Positions 12,055 to 24,309 are shown, counted from the stretch's first letter. The stretch is 64,000 nucleotides of DNA from Mayamaea pseudoterrestris (GCA_027923505.1 BROI01000039.1:62001-126000), one strand, 5' to 3'. A program made the numbers and translations. The notes: generated by a model not told the origin, from the letters alone.

Positions 12055-12962
12055 ATGCCTACATCGTACAAAAATTCATTCACGGCTAGTCTCCGTGAAC
12101 GCCTCCATCTCGATCGCTCTCGCATTACCGAATGGGCCGAGCATGAAAAGGAGCATATTGACGTTCTAGCCGAGCGCCATCGATCGCAGGCCATGGAAAA
12201 GCAGGCATCCTTGGATGCATCCATGACGCAATATTTGACGCTTAAAATGCAAGCCGACTGCAAGGTCCAGGAAGCGGTTCAGGCTCAGGGAACTATTGAA
12301 GAGTTGCAAGGGCAATCAGAGGAGCGGTCGCATGAGATTGCTGCTCTTGAAGACAAATTAAACGAGCACCAAACAGCAATGCGGGGTAAGGAAAAAGGAA
12401 GTAAATTGGAATAAATGTAGATTGGCTCAGAATCTCATATTGCTTGGATTATATCTGTCTCTCCAGAACTCCGACTGGATTTGATTGACGAGAAGCATGC
12501 TGTCCAGTCGGCTAGACGAGGTTTGGAGGAAACGCAGACGAGCCCCAACGCGGAGCTTGACATAATTCAGCGACATATCAAGCGCTTCAATTTTCTTGGT
12601 ATTGATTTTGAGAGTTCCGAGAACAGCGTATTGCGGTGAGTGCCTTTGATTCACCTCCTGCTTGTGTGGCTGACTCCGTAACCTTTTTCAACACGAATTT
12701 GTACTAACGCGCACCCTTCTCTTGCCGCAGTTTCATCTTTACTCTCATTGATCCCAATAATCCTGAAAAAGAGTTTTGGATAAAACTGACAACCAACGAC
12801 GAGGATGACTGGGTAGTCACGGATTACGAGCCGGGCTTACACGAAGCTTTGGTCGATGAATGCTTGAACGAATTGAATGACGTCGGAGATGGACTACTGC
12901 AGTTTGTCAGGAGCATACGCCAACTCTTTGTTGCGAGCATAAACAACAAAGAGGAGGAGTGA
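12055..12962 (+). CDS. SPC25: Spc25, copy 2
   Basis: Identical to 8117-9024 (+3938). Confidence 0.85.
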
Positions 12963-13105
12963 TGGACACAATGTAGCGTTGCATGTGTAACTGCATTTGC
13001 AGGTTGTCGTCGGCAGCAAATACGAAGCTTACGTGCAGTAGATAATTATTAATGGTTTTGAATTATATGCTTGCAAGTTTTTGGTAGTAGCTGGGTTTCT
13101 ATTAT

Positions 13106-15292
13106 TCAAAAGGTTCCGACAAGGAAACCAAAAACCTCCAAGTCTTCAATAGCAAAGATTGTCTCATCACACAAGGGCTCGTTGTTGAACGTGACGCAAT
13201 GGCCAGTCGTACCGATCTGGAAGTGCCGCTCAATCACCAAGCCAAATGCAGTCTGTCCAAGGTCATCGCTGCCTCCTCCAAAAGCTATCCGTTGATTATT
13301 TGCATCGCATAGTTGTACAAACCGATTGACGCCGGACCATTTATACGGAATGACAGTGCCGTCATACATCTTGTACAAACAGGCCGATGGACCGCCAACA
13401 AATTGAGGTGCGTTCTGCCATTCAGCATCGGCAAACGCCCCTAACAAGGACCCCTTGGTGGTCCGAATAACGATCAGTGTACGAGACTGACCCTTGACGC
13501 ACTCCATAAAGGCCGCGAAGGAATCTCCGTCGCGCGAGAGGCGATACAGTCGTCTCCATGGACAGTAAGTAATTCCCTTTGGTATGATCAGCTCAGCGAT
13601 TTGCTGCATCTCTTTGGTGGAAAGCAGGTACGCATACTGATCATCATCATTGTCTTTCACGACGCGGACAGGAGGAATGTAGTCTACATCATCAATTTCA
13701 TCTGGCTTCACTGCAATTGAAAAATCCTTAATAGAAGTTGCGGTTGCATTGGCGACAACGTCATGGACGCTACAATAAATTAGCATGTTGGTTGTTAGCC
13801 TTGCAAAGCACTGAATGAGGCCGGCGGCACATGCCAAACTTGTCACCGCTAAGGGTGCGAATTCCATGCGACCCCAAAATGATATGGGAAGCCCCTCCAA
13901 CATAACAATAACAGCAAACACACCCACTAGAGATACTCCAACCCATGCCTTTTCTGTGTTGCTGGTTCGTCCGACGAATGCGTATAGTGCAGCCATGTAG
14001 GCCATATAGCTCGTCAACTTTAGAAGGAATTCCCTCGGCTCAAACAGGAGCGGAAACAAGCCCAACAATCCCCATGCCGTGGACTCCCACAGCAGTAGTG
14101 TATATTGCTTGTCCAAGGCAGCTAGAAACGTCAGTAGCACAAGTGTCGTCATGATTGCCTTTTCGTGAACGTGGTAGGCAGTCAGGAACGACACCATGGC
14201 CGAGTACGCGAGCGAAAGTAGCAGAAGATGATTGTCGCGTTGCGCGGCCGCCATCCATGCCGCTTTGGCGCCAATCATGAGAAAGAGAAGCATGATCATG
14301 CCGACAATGAAAGGAGAAACATCTGGCAGCGACGCCTGAAACAGCTTGGCAAACACCTTGTCGATGGCCTTGTAAACAGCCCAAACGTTGCCAGCCCAGT
14401 AGTCGTGAACTAGGCCCCGACCAAACGGAAAGAGTCTCGAAGCAATTTGCTTCACTAGCAAAGTCGGCTGCGGCGACGTCATGAGCAGCGGCAAAAAGGG
14501 CGTCATTAAACAATGCAACGTCCCCACTCCCAGTAGCAACAGTCGCTCAATGCTGAATTTGTTCTGCACAAAGCAGAACCTTCTCAGTAAATAGGCAAAA
14601 TACCAGAGCGCCAGTGTCAAGTACAAGTGTTTGAGCGTCAAGAGAATGGCAAATAAGGCGGCACCGACGAGCTGGTAAATGTCGGATGCAGCCGTTGGTT
14701 TGCCGCATCGTAGCTCGAGCTTATTCGCTTGTAGCAGACACGCCACCGATAAGAACAAGACTCCCAACAGCAAACCATTGTATTGAAAGTGGACATGATC
14801 CAGCCATATTAGTCCAGGATTAAGAACTGTGAAGAGAAAGCCAGGCATGCTCATGCTTGCCTCCGACGATTCGACAGCCACTGCCATGGTCCCAGCTCCC
14901 AGCCACAAGACAAGGTCGCCTACGATAACAGTTGATCTCATGAATGCGACGCATCGATTCGATATGGAATCTTTTAGTTCATTGTCATTTAGTAGCTCCA
15001 AACAAGTTTCGTCCAATATGAAACGTTGCAGCAACGTGCGTGTCACGTAGTTGTTGGCGAACGCACTTTCCAGAAAGGCAAAGCCGGGTGGATAGTCGAG
15101 CGTATGCTTCGTTGATACATAAACGTCGTCAAAGTACCATTCGCTCATTGGTAAATGCTTCGTCACTGCCTTCCAATGTCGATGGACGAGAAAATCAGTG
15201 GAATAGTAGGATGGAAAGAGGAGAATTTTGCTGCTGGTTGCAATGAGAAATGTGCAAATTAAAAGCGACTTGTTACTGACAGCAAACGTCAT
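13106..15292 (-). CDS. ALG8: ALG8-like dolichyl-P-Glc alpha-1,3-glucosyltransferase (ALG6/ALG8 family), in frame with a C-terminal TLDc domain
   Basis: YYSTDFLVHRHWKAVT...TLDYPP, DHVHFQYNG, RLFPFGRGLVHDYWAGN and YHVHEKAI motifs with many TM helices. The last ~190 aa (WRRLYRLSRDGDSF...GAFADAEW...FGGG...EDLEVF) are TLDc. Confidence 0.85.
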   Translation of the reverse strand: MTFAVSNKSLLICTFLIATSSKILLFPSYYSTDFLVHRHWKAVTKHLPMSEWYFDDVYVSTKHTLDYPPGFAFLESAFANNYVTRTLLQRFILDETCLELLNDNELKDSISNRCVAFMRSTVIVGDLVLWLGAGTMAVAVESSEASMSMPGFLFTVLNPGLIWLDHVHFQYNGLLLGVLFLSVACLLQANKLELRCGKPTAASDIYQLVGAALFAILLTLKHLYLTLALWYFAYLLRRFCFVQNKFSIERLLLLGVGTLHCLMTPFLPLLMTSPQPTLLVKQIASRLFPFGRGLVHDYWAGNVWAVYKAIDKVFAKLFQASLPDVSPFIVGMIMLLFLMIGAKAAWMAAAQRDNHLLLLSLAYSAMVSFLTAYHVHEKAIMTTLVLLTFLAALDKQYTLLLWESTAWGLLGLFPLLFEPREFLLKLTSYMAYMAALYAFVGRTSNTEKAWVGVSLVGVFAVIVMLEGLPISFWGRMEFAPLAVTSLACAAGLIQCFARLTTNMLIYCSVHDVVANATATSIKDFSIAVKPDEIDDVDYIPPVRVVKDNDDDQYAYLLSTKEMQQIAELIIPKGITYCPWRRLYRLSRDGDSFAAFMECVKGQSRTLIVIRTTKGSLLGAFADAEWQNAPQFVGGPSACLYKMYDGTVIPYKWSGVNRFVQLCDANNQRIAFGGGSDDLGQTAFGLVIERHFQIGTTGHCVTFNNEPLCDETIFAIEDLEVFGFLVGTF

Positions 15293-15385
15293 CTTTCATT
15301 GAAACGGATTCTTGTCGCAAATGATTGCCTTGAATGTAGAGGCGGAGCAATGGACAATGCTGCTGGTTTTGATGGTCGTGTTAAT
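15034..15385. repeat. 352-bp direct repeat, left copy (ALG8 5' CDS plus 93 bp upstream)
   Basis: Recurs at +3115 (18149-18500). Confidence 0.9.
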
Positions 15386-16171
15386 TTTTTCGTACAAGAA
15401 CGGCGACCTTTCGGAGTACCGGTCTGAAAGGTGCGAAACGTCAGTACCCCTATCCTTAAGTCAGTAAACGTCTCATGGGTTTTCAGTGCGACTCCAAGGT
15501 TTCGCTCGATGATGGCGCTTGCGCGGCGGCAACTCACTAGCTCTGCATCATCATCACCTTCACATGTTTGTTACCTTGGCTTGTCATAAATTAAATGAAT
15601 CAGCATGCCGCAGTAGGATTGTCTACAAGCATCAAAAGAGGCTATGATGCTGCCATTCAAGGTTTTGATGAATTCTAGTCCAAGTCCTGACGACTGTTCC
15701 AACTATGACCTTTTGTACAATCATTTGTGTCACCAAGCCTTGGAAAAGGATCAAGTCAGTGAGAAGACCAAGTGATCAAGTTCAATTCTAACAAGCCTTG
15801 GAAATGGATCAAGTCAGTGAGAAGACCAAGTGACCATGTCCAATTCTAAGCGAAGTGTTAACTCTGCCAAGCAATCCAGTTTGCCGAGGGTGAGGTGGAG
15901 GCCGTGACAGTGGAGCTGGTCGCGGTGGTGGTGGAGGCCATGGCAATGGAGGCAGCAATGCCAACTGTCCTGGTGACAGTCTCATTCTGGCTCAATTGTT
16001 GCAGCAACCCTGGTCCTACTTGTCGCAAGCCAGGTACAATGAGCTTCGTGATTCTGGGGAGCTCACTCAAGTGATGGAGGCATGCCATCGGATCTGGCGT
16101 CTACTCCTGCTCCTGCTCATGGTCCAGCTTCAAGTCAAGTCCCTAGAGTCGTGTTGTTTTTAATGACGGAG

Positions 16172-17480
16172 GCTCTACTTGGAAGCGAAAACGAAAGAGA
16201 AGGTTTATATCGTGGCAGGTCCGGAGTTCGGGGAGCTCGAGGGTCACACGCTCACGATCGTGAAGGCATTATACGGTCTTCGCACGTCAGGCGCACGCTG
16301 GCACGAGCACTTTGCAGACACGCTCCGCGACATTGGCTTCACGCCGTGTATCGCAGAACCGGACGTGTGGATGCGCTGGCACACGCTAATACGTTTGTGT
16401 GTATGTCGACGATTTAGCGATAGCGATGAAGAATCCGAAGGAACTAACGGATCTTTTAATTGAGAACTACAACTACAAGTTGAAGGGCGTCGGTCCATTG
16501 GCATATCATTTGGGCGCAGACGTTTGGCGAGATGACGACGGCGTACTCTGCTTCGGAGCGAAGAAGTACGTCACAAGACTACTAGCGAACTACAGAGAAA
16601 TGTTCGGCGAGGAACCGCGACCGCAGACAAGTCCACTACGCGACGGCGATCATCCGGAACTCGACGAAACGAAAGAACTTGACGACGACGGAATTGCGAA
16701 GTATCAATCGATCATTGGTGCGTTGCAATGGGCAGTAAGTTTATGTCGATTCGACATTCACTGTGCTGTCATGACTATGGGGAGATTCCGAGCTGCGCCA
16801 CGAGCGGGGCACTTGGAACGGTTGAAGCATATTTGCGGATACTTACGACGATACCCGGATGGAGCGATTCGATTCAACGTTTCGATTCCAACGGACGAGC
16901 GATACGCGACAGTTGACAAGATGGATTGGGATTACAGTGTAATGGGCAAGATCTGCGAAGAGCTTCCGTGGAACATGCCCACGCCGCGGCAAGGCGGTGC
17001 GAATGTCAACGTTCGAAGATGCGAACCTGTACCACGATTCACCCAGGGACGGGCAGCGATGGGCATGCTACACATGTTGAATGGGAAAGTCGTCGATTGG
17101 TTTCGAAACGCCAAGCGACGGTCGAGGCGACGTACGGCTCGGAGTTTGTAGCAGAGAGAGTAAGCACGGAGCAGATCATGGATCTTCGTTTCACGCTACG
17201 GATGTTGGTAGTTCCGCTCGACGGACCTTCATGGATGTTTGGAGACAACAAGTCGGTAACGCAAAGCAGCAACCTACCGGACTCTAGTCTGACGGCGACA
17301 CAATGCACTGGCATTTCACCGTGTACGCGGCATCTGGAGGAATTATTAATTTCAACCACATCATGGGAACGACAAACCCGGCGGATGTACTTACCAAGTT
17401 TCTTCCACGGGCTACGGCAAGCAAGCACTTAAAGAACCTGCTCTTCAAGGAATCTAACTATTAGGTATGACTTGAGGGGA
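16172..17480 (+). mobile_element. Degenerate Ty1/copia (CoDi-like) retrotransposon, RT-RNase H fragment
   Basis: YLEAKTKEKVYIVAGPEFG...KALYGLRTSGARWH, YVDD and RNase H ATVEATYGSEFVA...MFGDNKSV. Several frameshifts. A purine tract GAGGGGAG at ~17474 may be the polypurine tract (PPT). Confidence 0.92.
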
Positions 17481-18148
17481 GTTGCAGGATGCGAACGAAA
17501 ACAGCGAAAATCGGGCAAGTCACACCGAATGTCCGATAGGGTGACACAGCGGCACTCGCGGCTCACCACAGCCTCACGATCGCGTGATGCGTGGCAGCGA
17601 CGGCTTTGAAGCGATTCAACGAGCATATTGCTGAAACTAGTGCGATATAGAGTAAAAACAAGCAGACTTACTAAGCTTGAAGAGTTAAGAAAGCGATTTA
17701 TTCGTCTCTCGTATTGTAGCAACTGCAAGCTTGGATTGGCCATCCAAGGACAGCTACAAGCGAAAGGTGCAACGATTTGATTTACAAGTTACAAATCATT
17801 TGCTCTGGCTCAATCACCTTGCTCAATCACCACATGCGTTGGAATATGCGCCAGAAATAGATAGTGTGTCTTCTTTGGGTGCGCTAGAGATGACTGCTCC
17901 GGCAAGTACGATGGTTGTGACAAGTGTGTCTGGTGTGCCACGCGCAAGTTCTCTGGTGCCGGCTGCCGAGTGTGGCGGAATGGCCAGCTACGTCTGGAGA
18001 GTGCCAAGAATGGGACAATGGCAAGAGCGACGGGAGCTCTGGTGGCAACAAATGCAACTGGAGGACCTGCTCTGCTCTGTATGAAGCGTCAACACGTACA
18101 AGTCAAATGCAACTGGAGGACCTGCTCTGCTCTGTATGAAGCGTCAAC

Positions 18149-18500
18149 ACGTGCGTGTCACGTAGTTGTTGGCGAACGCACTTTCCAGAAAGGCAAAGCC
18201 GGGTGGATAGTCGAGCGTATGCTTCGTTGATACATAAACGTCGTCAAAGTACCATTCGCTCATTGGTAAATGCTTCGTCACTGCCTTCCAATGTCGATGG
18301 ACGAGAAAATCAGTGGAATAGTAGGATGGAAAGAGGAGAATTTTGCTGCTGGTTGCAATGAGAAATGTGCAAATTAAAAGCGACTTGTTACTGACAGCAA
18401 ACGTCATCTTTCATTGAAACGGATTCTTGTCGCAAATGATTGCCTTGAATGTAGAGGCGGAGCAATGGACAATGCTGCTGGTTTTGATGGTCGTGTTAAT
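18149..18500 (-). pseudogene. Right copy of the 352-bp repeat: truncated ALG8 5' fragment
   Basis: ORF 18144-18407 repeats the first 86 aa of ALG8, then stops. Confidence 0.85.
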
Positions 18501-19153
18501 CGTGGTAGGATATATCCGGACATGCTTCACGACATTAATGGGTGTAACTTGGTGCGACATGCCGTACTTCTTGGCGTTCATGCAGTCTTCTCCAATGACC
18601 CATAAGTGACCGGTGGTTCTGCGACATCATCTACCCGAGCCAGTTAATTTAGCATACTGCGTCTGCTGGTTGGCAATGTTTGTGCGCGCGTAGCGCGCAA
18701 AAGTCGTTGCAGACATTGTAAAACCATTGATCCTACCACCTCCCCGCCCGCGCGAAAGGTCGCTTTTTTCGCCATGGCGTGACCAACAGCGCGCGAGCCA
18801 TTTATCGCAGGGGTTTTGAACCGGTGGCAGCATCACGGCAATGATATGGCGTACGATTCACCCAATGATATCAATGGATCCAATTGGGCCTTTTTTCACA
18901 GTTATTGGACTACTCTTTGATCTACTGTGCCAATAACTTTGATTTCAAAGTTTTTGGCACTACTCTTTGATCAACAGTGGCACAAAAAATCAAAGTTTCT
19001 GTTCGTACTGTTTTGTTTGATCCATAGTGAGTGATTATGCACGACCGCCAAGATCGCAGTCCGGAGCGTTTCGTCTTCATCACGAAACACGAAGGATATT
19101 GGAAAACTCTTCCGTAACTTTACTTCAAAGTCAATGTCATAGTACACAATACA

Positions 19154-20068
19154 ATGCCGGACATATTTGCAAGCCTCGGGCAGTATGAAAATGGCTTTCA
19201 GACGGGCCGAAAGGCTGCCGCAGCGGAATGCAAAGCCTTGGAGGAGAAAATCATTTCGCTTGGCAACGAAAAGAACAACTTGCTCGTCGACTTGGCCGCA
19301 AAGGAACGTGCAGCCGAAAACAAAACTATCCGTCTCGAAACTGAAAATGAAGCTCTGAAGCGAGAGCTGTTAACGTACAAGGCGAGTCTGTCTTTTTTGG
19401 GTCAGGTGTTTGCGGAGGAAGTCATTCGTTTGAATGGACCGCAACTGGCGATTGACGATACTAATGGACTGGCGGAAAAGTCCCATAAGCGACTCAAAGC
19501 CACTCAAGAGGACGCTCTTGGCTTGCTTCATACGGAGAAGCAGCAAGCGACTACGAACACAGTTGCAGACATTGCGACGACGACGACTACTGCTGCTGCT
19601 GCGGCTGAAGTTTCTCATTCGTCACGCTTGCAGGAGAAACTCGACATGGTCAATCAGCAAAAGGATTTGCTTACGGCAAACTTGAAGAAGACGACTGATG
19701 CTTTGGCAGCTGCTGAAAATGGAAATTCTTTTCTCCAAGAGCAAGTTTGGGACGCCAAATCAAGAATGTCTGCTATGCAGAATGAGTGTGACACTGCCAT
19801 TCAAGCCAAGCGGCTGCTCGAGACGGCTAATCAAACCGCACATGGCAAGCTCGCTACAACGGAAGCAAAGATGAAAGCCATGATTGTCAAAACTCAAACC
19901 TTAGAGGAGGCATTGGCGATGGAGCGTCGAAAGAATCTAAACGCTGATGTCTGCGAGCGCTGCCGACGCGGTCCTTCCTACCACAAGGCTCATACCTGCC
20001 CTGAATACGCATGCCCCGAGTCGTTGGCGTACCAGCAACGAATGGCAAAAACGAATGGTCGGATTTAA
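19154..20068 (+). CDS. Hypothetical coiled-coil protein with a C-terminal Cys/His cluster
   Basis: 304-aa ORF, rich in E/K/A/L heptads, with CERCRRGPSYHKAHTCPEYAC near the C-terminus. Confidence 0.65.
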   Translation: MPDIFASLGQYENGFQTGRKAAAAECKALEEKIISLGNEKNNLLVDLAAKERAAENKTIRLETENEALKRELLTYKASLSFLGQVFAEEVIRLNGPQLAIDDTNGLAEKSHKRLKATQEDALGLLHTEKQQATTNTVADIATTTTTAAAAAEVSHSSRLQEKLDMVNQQKDLLTANLKKTTDALAAAENGNSFLQEQVWDAKSRMSAMQNECDTAIQAKRLLETANQTAHGKLATTEAKMKAMIVKTQTLEEALAMERRKNLNADVCERCRRGPSYHKAHTCPEYACPESLAYQQRMAKTNGRI

Positions 20069-20530
20069 TGAGGAGAATTGGCAACTCGCATGATTCGTCA
20101 CATGAATATCCTTAATTCGAAAAGATTTCCTAGTCCAAGCTATTGACACGGATATTTATTTGCGCACCAGCTGTATGCGTTGCAAGTGTGTGACTGCTTA
20201 ATTTGCTGGGTAGTACCTTCAACTGTATTATATAACCTTCGTTTCGTAACATGAGACGTCGTTTGACTTAATCGATCTCTGCTGAGCCTGTTTTATGTAG
20301 GTCAGTAAAGCGCCACGGAAGTGAGATGCATTCAAAGCTTATCGGCGAGAGCCATCTTTACTTTACTCTTATGCTCAAGAGCAAGATATACGGTTGCCTA
20401 CAGCAGTTCGTTGAGCGGCAAAGGTCAAGAGCTACAGAGCGACAATAATCCAAGTCCATATGGTATGTCATCCTACAGTACGAGCAAAATGAGCATATTG
20501 ACCCATATAAAACTTTTAATATCAAGCCCA

Positions 20531-21169
20531 TTACATTCCGTCTCTGCTGGTCATATTGGCCATGAACTGCTCGCGAGCTTGTCGAAGCGCTTGCCCAATG
20601 GTCATATCCGCTGCGCCACCCCCAGCATGCACAACGCCAGGCTGGCGCATCTCTTCCACCATGCCTGGTTCTTCATCGCGTAACAAAACGGCCGATGCGA
20701 GCTTGGATCCATCAACCTCCAGTATAATACCTCCATCGCAATGCTCATCAATCAACAAAAAGACAAGCTCCAAACTATCCAAAACGACGGCACGATCAGT
20801 CGATCCTCCCATGAGATGACTGAGTGCATCATACATGCCTTCGCACAAATGCGCCAATACCAGTTCACTTTCACCAGGAGGACCAATGTGAACGATTCGT
20901 ACGTCGCCATTGCCTCCGCCACCGACGGATCCTCCGCAAAAGACTGCTGTACGGCCCTGACACGTTACAACCTCGGCAGCATCCGGACGAGCGGCAATGC
21001 CAGCAATCTTTTGATGCAGCTGCTTCTCAAACTCCTTGCGAAGGTCTTCAGAAGTCTTTTCGCCTACCGTATTCTTCAAAAAGGTGCCATAGTACTTGCC
21101 GGCCAAGCGATTGCCGTCGCCGTCCAGTACCAAAATGGCGTCGACTTTGGGGAGCAACGGAGGAAATGA
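20531..21169 (-). CDS. COPZ1: Coatomer subunit zeta (longin/adaptor small-chain family); short first exon probably near 21322, not resolved
   Basis: KVDAILVLDGDGNRLAGKYY, ESELVLAHL and LELVFLLIDEHCDGGIILE. CAG acceptor at 21170-21172. Confidence 0.85.
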   Translation of the reverse strand, partial: SFPPLLPKVDAILVLDGDGNRLAGKYYGTFLKNTVGEKTSEDLRKEFEKQLHQKIAGIAARPDAAEVVTCQGRTAVFCGGSVGGGGNGDVRIVHIGPPGESELVLAHLCEGMYDALSHLMGGSTDRAVVLDSLELVFLLIDEHCDGGIILEVDGSKLASAVLLRDEEPGMVEEMRQPGVVHAGGGAADMTIGQALRQAREQFMANMTSRDGM

Positions 21170-21690
21170 CTGTGATGAAAGAGTAAAAAAGGGAGTTAGG
21201 TACCAATGAGTCGTTTAGCAATGACAAGGCCTGATCATATGAACAGGATCATGACAAGGGCGATGAATGATGAATGCGAAAGGCGAAATACACGGATGCA
21301 GCATCGGAATCGGATCTAGCATATTAAGCGGTTGGATCTCCGACAAAGCGATGATTCGTTTCTCTTCCATCACACTCTCGACAATCCTCTATGCATACAA
21401 CAATTAACCCCATCGACAGAGACCGACATACCGTCATGGTGAGTTTCGACTTGTGGATCGTCGCGTCGCATCTCGCGGCTCGCGGTGACCCGAAACGACT
21501 TACGGTACGTTTTATACAGTTAAGGTTTGTGTGATGACGCCATTTCCACGACCCAACATTTACCACGACTTACGCGCATACGTTGAAGTCGCAAGATCGG
21601 CGCGAGATCTTGTGGGAGGCGACGAGGATGATGCAAGAGCCAAGAGTTGGCTCCTTCAATTTCAGCCTTCATCCCTTTTCAATTGTCACC

Positions 21691-22474
21691 ATGAAGCTCT
21701 CCCTTGCCATCTGCGCCGCCGTTGCCACTTCGGCCGCTGCCTTCCAGCCTGCCGTCAGCCAGGTACGGAATTTTGATTGATCCTTTCGGATGAGATTGAT
21801 GGGTGATGGATTGGAGAGGATGACTGATGGCCAAATTGTCGTCAACTACCGGTAGTGGCGTAATTTACAAATACCTCAAAATGCTTTCTCACTTTTATCT
21901 TTGTCGACTGTTAAAATCTATAGCGCTCCGGCACTGCCTTGAACATGGATCGCCGTGCTGCCATTGGCCAGGCCGTCGTCGGAGCCGCAACCATCGCTGC
22001 ACTTCCTCAGCTTGCACTTGCCGATGGTGCTGTCTCTGGTGCCACCATTGCTCGCGCCAAGTTCAATTACGGAAGCAAGATTTACTCATTGAAGTCTGCC
22101 GTGGAAAAGGGCGACTTTGACGCTGTTGCCGCCGAAAAGAATTCCTTCATTCTCTTCAACTCGGGCGTTTACCCAACCGCCAAGAGTAAGCCATTGAAGA
22201 AGGCTGCCATCAGCGCAACGAATGAAATTTTCCGCGCCGTCAAGAGCAAGGATGCCAAGGCACTCAAGGAAGCATACGGCGCCTACCTGGCGGCCAACTC
22301 AATTACTGCCCCAGCCGTTGCCGATAAGAAGACCACCCAAGGTTACTCCAACGACTTTGACTACAAAGTGCGAACCACGGCAGGGTAAGTCATTTAGGGA
22401 CACTACTTTATTCCTTGTCGCGCCCGTTCTCAATATTATATCCATCCCTCCACAGCACCATCTACCAGCGCTAG
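21691..22474 (+). CDS. psb31: Photosystem II extrinsic lumenal protein Psb31, 3 exons
   Basis: Signal peptide plus AAAFQP, RR...ALA lumen transit, mature DGAVS...AEKNSFILFNSGVYP...GYSNDFDYKVRTTAG|TIYQR*. Introns at about 21763-21922 and 22385-22455. Confidence 0.85.
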
Positions 22475-22937
22475 ATTGTAGACTGCTTTCTTACAGAAAA
22501 TAATGCAGGATTGATCGTCGGCGGCTAGATCATGCATCAACTGTTAAGACAGTGCACTAAATAGGAATGCTTTTACAAATACAAATAGCTTCTTTTTGAT
22601 TTGTACACATAGTGCATGGCGCGTACCATTCAAGGCGCGAGTTTACGCCTGGAGACTGTACCTAAGACGCTGCGCATGTCTTGGCCGAGAGTTTAGTGCT
22701 GTCGACACGAGTGCTCGAATCGCTTTCCTTGCAGGAACCAATAGGAAGCGGAATTAGTCTGATCCTGCTTAACTTGACTCGGAGGCGTAGGCAGGGATAC
22801 TTAGAAGCTTGCTTCATGACGGCTAGCATTTGCGGTCCTTGAGCAAGTCAATATAATTCAAAGGATAACTATGGCTGACGTATTAGGAGTAGTATAAGAA
22901 TGGTACATTTCGTTCAATCCGTTCCGTTGCAAGAATC

Positions 22938-24309
22938 TTATGCTGCCACCGCGACGGGCATGTCAATCTCCGCAACAGCCTTGGCAACGGCTTCACCCAT
23001 CTCCACGCACCCGACAAGCTTGCATCCATCATTTTCTTGCTTGATATCGGGAGTACGGAGTCCTTGGTCCAAGACTGCTACGACTGCATTCTCAATCAAC
23101 AAGGCCTCGTCCGATCGATCCAAATCGTACTTCAGCATCATGGCGGCCGACAAAATCATGGCTAGCGGGTTTGCCTTATTTTGTCCAGCGATATCGGGAG
23201 CAGATCCATGGCAAGGCTCGAAAACACCAGGTCCAGAGTCACCGATCGACGCCGACGGAAGCATTCCCAAACTTCCAACAAGCATACTAGCTTCATCCGA
23301 AAGAATATCCCCAAAAATGTTTCCTGTTACAATGGTATCAAACTGCTTGGGCCACCGAATGAGCTGCATGGCAGCATTGTCAACGTACATGTGGCTGAGC
23401 TCTACATCTGGAAAGTCCTTGGTAATGACATTCGTGACAACGTCCCGCCATAGTTGGCTCACGTCCAAAACGTTGGCCTTGTCAACGCTGCACAGCTTGC
23501 CTCCGCGCTTGCTGGCAACATCGCCAGCGACGCGGGCAATGCGATCAATCTCGGATTCGCGATATATCATGTTATTGTAGCCAACGCGTTCTCCTGTAAA
23601 AACAATGAACAGTAGAGATGTGGCCTCAGGGATGTATAACTTATAATTCATCACAAGGTCGCATTGACAGCAAATACTCAAGAACAGGACATTACTCACC
23701 ATCGACAACATCAATTCCCTTGGGCGTTCCAAAGTAAACATCTCCGGTCAATTCTCTCACAACCATGACATCAACTCCTTCCACAACTTCTCGCTTTAGT
23801 GTCGACGCATCAATGAGCTGATCCAATACCTTGGCCGGTCGCAAATTGGCAAAGAGTCCCATTTCCTTGCGCATCTTGAGCAGTCCCGATTCAGGTCGTA
23901 GCTCCCGTGGATTATTGTCCCACTTGTATCCACCAATGCAGGCCAGCAAGACAGAATCCGATGCCTGACACTGTTCCAGTGAAGCTTGCGGAAAGGGATC
24001 ATTCTCGGCGTCAATGGCAGCTCCGCCAATCAAGGCTTCCTTCAACTCCATTTGAAAGCCGCAGCGCTCACACAGCGTCGCCAAGACTTGCTTGGTCGCC
24101 GTTGTGATTTCGGGTCCAATGCCATCTCCCGGCAGTAGCGTAATCGAGTAGCTATCCTTTTTGGAGACGGCATGTAGCGACGGAAATGGCGACACGGAGG
24201 ATCCAATCATTCGACTAGCAACTTGACGCATGCCGCTCAAAGATGGCGCAAAGGCGCTACATGTCTGCTGAGATACAAGGACGGCAACTGCGAGATATGG
24301 GGAACGCAT
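22938..24309 (-). CDS. leuB: 3-isopropylmalate dehydrogenase, plastid-targeted (intron 23699-23594)
   Basis: SAFAP presequence; [53 protein letters not shown] and [12 protein letters not shown]. Confidence 0.95.

Larger units (their letters stand above)
9744..13681. repeat. Tandem segmental duplication, copy 2 (3,938 bp)
   Basis: Begins gcacaatccaagtgt as at 5806 and ends ...ggaggaatgta as at 9743. Confidence 0.95.

Noticed and set aside
15386..18148. Intact LTR retrotransposon with 352-bp LTRs
   Set aside because: The flanking repeats are ALG8 host sequence, lack TG...CA ends, and the pol gene is truncated and frameshifted with no integrase.
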